Under the pieces are notes generated by a model, which was given only the letters and a program-made list of their open reading frames with translations, ran no database searches and had not been told where the DNA came from. A stretch of 10,318 bases of DNA, taken from Candidatus Bathyarchaeia archaeon (GTDB taxonomy: Archaea > Thermoproteota > Bathyarchaeia > Bathyarchaeales > Bathycorpusculaceae). Within the stretch, counting starts at the first letter, position 1; each line of letters starts with the position of its first letter. The DNA lies in contig JAVZLK010000047.1 of NCBI GenBank assembly GCA_038883795.1, positions 1 through 10,318 on the forward strand. Direction: 5' to 3'. This document shows positions 6,564 to 10,318 of this stretch, in pieces. Both the position numbers and the translations under genes were made by a program.

Positions 6564-7061
6564 GTGGTTGACATGACGTTGACAAACGTGTTGCAATTTG
6601 TGCTGATTACATGCATGAGCCTAATTGCGAGAAGGGGCGGGTCTTGGTGGGATAATATTATCGGCGAATTTGGCAGGGGACTTGCAATAATCTTCTCTTT
6701 AGCGCTTTTCTTTGCGGAATTGTTGGTTTTAACCGTTGTTCTTTATCTTTCTGGGTTAATTGTTGTTGGTGGAAAACGGGCTCGTTTATCAGACGCTTTG
6801 ATAATTGCTCTTCTGGGAACTGTTTTGTCAACACTTTTCTTCATGTTTATCCCATATCCGCTATTGGGATTAGTGCTTAGCATCATCACTTGGCTTCTTC
6901 TAATCAAAAGTCTCTATGAAACGGGTTGGCTTGGGTCGTTGGCTGTTGGCATATTGGCAATAATCATTTATTTTGCTGTGTTTATTTTACTGGCTTTGTT
7001 CTTTGGCATTCTCGCCATCATAATTGACCGTCTTCTCTCCCTAGTGATTTTAATCCTTTAG
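6564..7061 (+). CDS. Hypothetical integral membrane protein (about 4-5 TM segments)
   Basis: Very hydrophobic ORF with 'WLLLIKSLYETGWLGSLAVG'. It fills the gap between neighbours on the same strand. Start is uncertain (GTG 6564 or ATG 6573). Confidence 0.75.
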   Translation: MVDMTLTNVLQFVLITCMSLIARRGGSWWDNIIGEFGRGLAIIFSLALFFAELLVLTVVLYLSGLIVVGGKRARLSDALIIALLGTVLSTLFFMFIPYPLLGLVLSIITWLLLIKSLYETGWLGSLAVGILAIIIYFAVFILLALFFGILAIIIDRLLSLVILIL

Positions 7062-7071
7062 AGGTTCAAAA

Positions 7072-7617
7072 TTGTTTGACGAAAGAACCAAAACCGCCTT
7101 TTTAGGTTTAGCCTTTCTAATCTTTCTTCTGCTTTCTTATGTGGAAAATACAATTTTCTTCCAAAATTTGAATTTAATCCTCACTAACCAGTTTGCAGCT
7201 ATTGCTGTACTTTTCATACATAACCTTCTTGTCATTTCGCTGATTCTTTTAGGTATGACTTTCTACGTTAATTTGGTAGTTTTGAATTTTTTTAAGAGAG
7301 AGAAATACGGGAATATTGTGCTTGAGCATCCGAAAACCTTTGCACTTGTCTTCACAGTCATGATTGTTTTTTTAAGCATTTTGAGGGGAGGCACCCTCGT
7401 TTATGGTGGGTTAACTGTTGAGGCTTTGCCTTTAATTCTGCTTATAAGTACGCCCATAGGGATTGTGGAGGGATATGGCATTTACTTAACCATAGAGAAA
7501 ACTCTGAGCAGAACCATGTCTATGAAGGATTTAGCGTACATTTACGGCATTTTCCTAATTGCAGCGGTCATGGAAGTTGGCTTTGTAAATTTGCTCATAA
7601 TGGTTTTGAAAGCGTAA
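7072..7617 (+). CDS. SpoIIM/DUF95-like membrane protein (divergent)
   Basis: 'LFIHNLLV', 'TPIGIVE' (family consensus PHGxxE) and C-terminal 'LIAAVMEV' (consensus AAxIE). TTG start preceded by GAGGT. Confidence 0.6.
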   Translation: MFDERTKTAFLGLAFLIFLLLSYVENTIFFQNLNLILTNQFAAIAVLFIHNLLVISLILLGMTFYVNLVVLNFFKREKYGNIVLEHPKTFALVFTVMIVFLSILRGGTLVYGGLTVEALPLILLISTPIGIVEGYGIYLTIEKTLSRTMSMKDLAYIYGIFLIAAVMEVGFVNLLIMVLKA

Positions 7618-7637
7618 AACGTAAAACCCTAAAACGT

Positions 7638-7645
7638 TATTTAAG
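7638..7645 (+). promoter_or_regulatory. Putative TATA box (TATTTAAG) for pncB
   Basis: About 23 nt upstream of ATG 7668 and preceded by A-rich repeats, compatible with a leaderless or short-leader transcript. Confidence 0.45.
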
Positions 7646-7667
7646 CTATGTTTGGAGCGCTGAACAG

Positions 7668-8876
7668 ATGAAGAGGTTGTTCCATTACGCTTCAGATGAA
7701 GAGATAAAAAGCGGCGAAACCACAGACATATACTTCGTGAGAACAAAACAAATCATAGAAGCAAAGGGCTTAGAAAAAACACCAGTAATCGCTGATGTCA
7801 CACCTGGCAAGCTTCCACATGGTTGGCCTTGGGGAATCTTATGCGGAATAGAAGAAGTCGCCCACTTGTTTGAGCGTGTAGGTGCGGATGTTTATGCCAT
7901 GCCTGAAGGAAGCGTTTTCCGCCATGAAGATTTTAGAGGCGTAAGAGAACCAGTAATGCGCATTGAAGGATCTTATGGCAATTTCTGCCTTTACGAAACA
8001 CCACTTCTCGGCTTAATTTGTCAAGCCTCTGGTATAGCAACCAGAGCAGCAAGAATGCGCAAGGTTGTTGGAGATAAAACGTTAATCTCTTTTGGAATTC
8101 GCCGTATGCATCCAGCGCTTTCTCCCATGATTGACCGAGCCTCTTACATAGGCGGCTTTGACGGCGTATCAAGCCTAAGTGGAGCAAAAATTTTGGGAAT
8201 AGAACCTTCTGGAACCATGCCCCATGCTTTGATAATAGTTTTCGGAGACCAGGTTAAGGCTTGGAAAGCCTTTGACGAAGTGATCTCGCCAGAAGTTCCA
8301 AGAATTGCCTTGATAGACACTTATTCTGATGAGAAGATGGAGGCTATAATGGCTGCTGAAGCCCTAAAAGAACGCTTATACGCGGTGCGCCTCGACACAC
8401 CTGCCTCAAGAAAAGGAGATTTTGCAGAGCTTATCCGCGAAGTAAGATGGGAGCTTGACATTAGAGGCTTTAATCATGTGAAAATCTTCGTTTCTGGCGG
8501 ATTAAACGAGGAAAACATGAAAGAATTATGCGAAGCGGGGGCTGAAGGCTTCGGGGTTGGCACAGCCTTAAGCAATGCGCCAACAATCGATTTTGCCATG
8601 GACATTGTTGAAATTGATGACAAATTATGCGCAAAACGAGGTAAGATGGGCGGCAAAAAACAGGTTTGGAGATGCCAAAAATGTTTAGTGGATTTGGTTT
8701 TACCTTTCGATAAAACGCAGCCTAAATGTCCAGTTTGCGGAGGCAAAACTGAACCCATGCTAAAACCATTAATAAAGAATGGAAAAGTAGTTGCTAAATT
8801 ACCAAAGCCCAGTGAGATTCGCCAGTATGTGCTTAAACAGCTGGAAAAGCTTCAACTTGAAGAAAAATTTGCCTAA
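7668..8876 (+). CDS. pncB: Nicotinate phosphoribosyltransferase, archaeal type with C-terminal Zn ribbon
   Basis: 'TTDIYF', 'YETPLLG', 'SFGIRRMHP', 'GTMPHALI', 'LIDTY', 'VRLDTP', 'IFVSGGL', 'FGVGT', 'AKRGK', then CQKC...CPVC. Confidence 0.93.
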   Translation: MKRLFHYASDEEIKSGETTDIYFVRTKQIIEAKGLEKTPVIADVTPGKLPHGWPWGILCGIEEVAHLFERVGADVYAMPEGSVFRHEDFRGVREPVMRIEGSYGNFCLYETPLLGLICQASGIATRAARMRKVVGDKTLISFGIRRMHPALSPMIDRASYIGGFDGVSSLSGAKILGIEPSGTMPHALIIVFGDQVKAWKAFDEVISPEVPRIALIDTYSDEKMEAIMAAEALKERLYAVRLDTPASRKGDFAELIREVRWELDIRGFNHVKIFVSGGLNEENMKELCEAGAEGFGVGTALSNAPTIDFAMDIVEIDDKLCAKRGKMGGKKQVWRCQKCLVDLVLPFDKTQPKCPVCGGKTEPMLKPLIKNGKVVAKLPKPSEIRQYVLKQLEKLQLEEKFA

Positions 8877-8940
8877 AGAGAAGATTTGTTCTAAACAATA
8901 GACTTAAAAATGGTAGAATAAAATCAGAATGTGATGTTCA

Positions 8941-10318
8941 ATGCCCATATTCTATGCTGTTAAGCGTGTGTTTCGTTCATGGAAACTGTTTTTGGCATTG
9001 TTGATAGGCATAACTTTAGCCTCAGCGTTCTTTGCAGGAATAGACATTAAAGCAAACGCAACAGCAAAACAAGCCCTTGACCAGCAGCTTAGAAATGTTT
9101 ACGTTGACATGCAAGCCAACATACAAAGCTTTAGTAACTTGACAAAACTGCAAACCGTTCGAGAACGTGTGTTAAGGGTTGGTGGAGTTTTAGATGCTGA
9201 AATAATTTCAAGGGTTTATTGGGTTCCAATAACAATTTTAGATGAGAATGACTTGGCGAAGGAGGATATGGCAAGAATCACAGCCATAACAAATTATTCA
9301 TATGTTTACAAGGGATGGTTGAACAGACCAGCTGAAGAAATCGGGGAAAATGAAACTTACATTCCAGAAAACACAGCTTTAGCAAGCATGGTGAAAATCA
9401 ATGATATAATCCAAGTAAACTTTTCCACCTATAATCCCCGAATCAATGGTGGTGCTCAAACTAATTTATTATTAAATCTAACAGTGAAAGGTTTCGCCCA
9501 GTTAGATGGTAAAGCTTCTGCAATTGCTTCTGGTTATCAATATTGGCTGAGGCCTTTCCAAACAGATGTCATATCTTCAACAACTCAGATGGATTTTCTC
9601 CTTCTTGTAAGTTGGGAAAAAACAATGCAAAAAATTTTGGCAGTGATACAAGATTTATCATATTTGCCGTTGGAAACAAGCCTTCTCGTTTACTTAGACC
9701 GTGACGCTTTGATAAATCCATGGGACATAGGCACATCCCTAAACAATATTGAGAGGGTAAAAAACAGTATTGAGAGCACGATTCAGTCCCATTTTAGCTC
9801 TGGCGCCATGAGTATTCAGAACAATTTGGATTGGCCTCTGCGCACTTTCCAATTTGCATCCATAACCATAAGGTTCATGTTCACCCTTGTTTCTCTTCCA
9901 ATATTTTTTATGGCTTGGTACATGGGAACAACCGTCTCAGATGTTTCCTTCAATCTTAGGAGACGAGAAATTGGGTTATTGTTAACAAAAGGTTTTTCAA
10001 GAGGTCAGATTCTGCGCACATTCTTGACTGAAACCTTGCTGATAGGATTGGTTGGCGGAACCCTTGGAGTATTCTTAGGCTTTCTCTTAAATCCGTTATT
10101 TACCCAATTTAGCACAGACACGCTTTTTAACCTAAATCTAATCAGCCCTTTCACGGTAAGCTTTACCATAGCCTTCGGCGTTACCATGGCTTTCCTCTCA
10201 ACATACAGCTCAGCAAGAAAGGCTTCCCAACTTCCCACGGTAGAGGCGCTCAGAGAATATTTGCCTATGGAAATGGAGAAACCCTACAGGAGGAGATGGC
10301 CTATGGTTGCTTTAATTT
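8941..10318 (+). CDS. Large FtsX/MacB-family ABC permease, 3' end beyond the window
   Basis: Read by hand: open frame from ATG 8941 (in-frame TGA at 8932-8934 just upstream) to the window end, at least 459 codons. It begins MPIFYAVKRVFRSWKLFLALLIGITLASAFFAG and contains 'LRRREIGLLLTKGFSRGQILRTFLTETLLIGLVGG' and 'ARKASQLPTVEALRE', then continues. Confidence 0.92.
   Translation, partial: MPIFYAVKRVFRSWKLFLALLIGITLASAFFAGIDIKANATAKQALDQQLRNVYVDMQANIQSFSNLTKLQTVRERVLRVGGVLDAEIISRVYWVPITILDENDLAKEDMARITAITNYSYVYKGWLNRPAEEIGENETYIPENTALASMVKINDIIQVNFSTYNPRINGGAQTNLLLNLTVKGFAQLDGKASAIASGYQYWLRPFQTDVISSTTQMDFLLLVSWEKTMQKILAVIQDLSYLPLETSLLVYLDRDALINPWDIGTSLNNIERVKNSIESTIQSHFSSGAMSIQNNLDWPLRTFQFASITIRFMFTLVSLPIFFMAWYMGTTVSDVSFNLRRREIGLLLTKGFSRGQILRTFLTETLLIGLVGGTLGVFLGFLLNPLFTQFSTDTLFNLNLISPFTVSFTIAFGVTMAFLSTYSSARKASQLPTVEALREYLPMEMEKPYRRRWPMVALI

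Noticed and set aside
8670-8745. C-terminal CxxC...CxxC Zn ribbon on PncB as a novelty
   Set aside because: A C-terminal zinc-knuckle-like domain is known in archaeal nicotinate phosphoribosyltransferases.
8886-8898. Small inverted repeat TTGTT-CTA-AACAA after pncB
   Set aside because: A 5-bp AT-rich stem is expected by chance and is too weak to call a terminator or operator.
7555-10238. Short minus-strand ORFs 7555-7746, 7933-8187, 8474-8758 and 10005-10238
   Set aside because: They are antisense to pncB, the SpoIIM-like gene or the large permease and have no independent support.
1-10318. tRNA/rRNA genes, CRISPR arrays, transposases or integrases
   Set aside because: Intergenic gaps are short (at most about 135 bp) and show no cloverleaf or repeat-spacer pattern, and no ORF has mobile-element motifs.

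Overview
Gene-dense archaeal chromosomal window (TATA/BRE-type promoters, archaeal-type HMG-CoA synthase and nicotinate phosphoribosyltransferase, many N-X-S/T sequons in extracytoplasmic domains; Bathyarchaeia is a plausible but unverified guess). It has two divergent gene blocks. The minus strand carries a thiolase-fold protein, a DUF35(Zn-ribbon/OB-fold)-HMG-CoA synthase fusion, a Yip1 protein with an inserted sequon-rich beta-sandwich domain, a LolD/MacB-type ATPase and a MacB/FtsX permease. The plus strand carries a TIGR04076-like Cys protein, a small membrane protein, a SpoIIM/DUF95-like protein, pncB and a large FtsX-type permease that runs off the window and is missing from the ORF track. 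The most striking signal is a remodelled archaeal thiolase/DUF35/HMGCS module. The thiolase ORF is intact but has lost its catalytic motifs (nucleophile Cys loop shortened and Cys-free, HDCF->YDQS, GHP->GNP). It is translationally coupled to an HMGCS that keeps the Glu/Cys/His triad, carries DUF35 at its N-terminus and lacks a roughly 18-residue N-terminal helical segment. Comparisons with canonical sequences are from memory, not from computed alignments.
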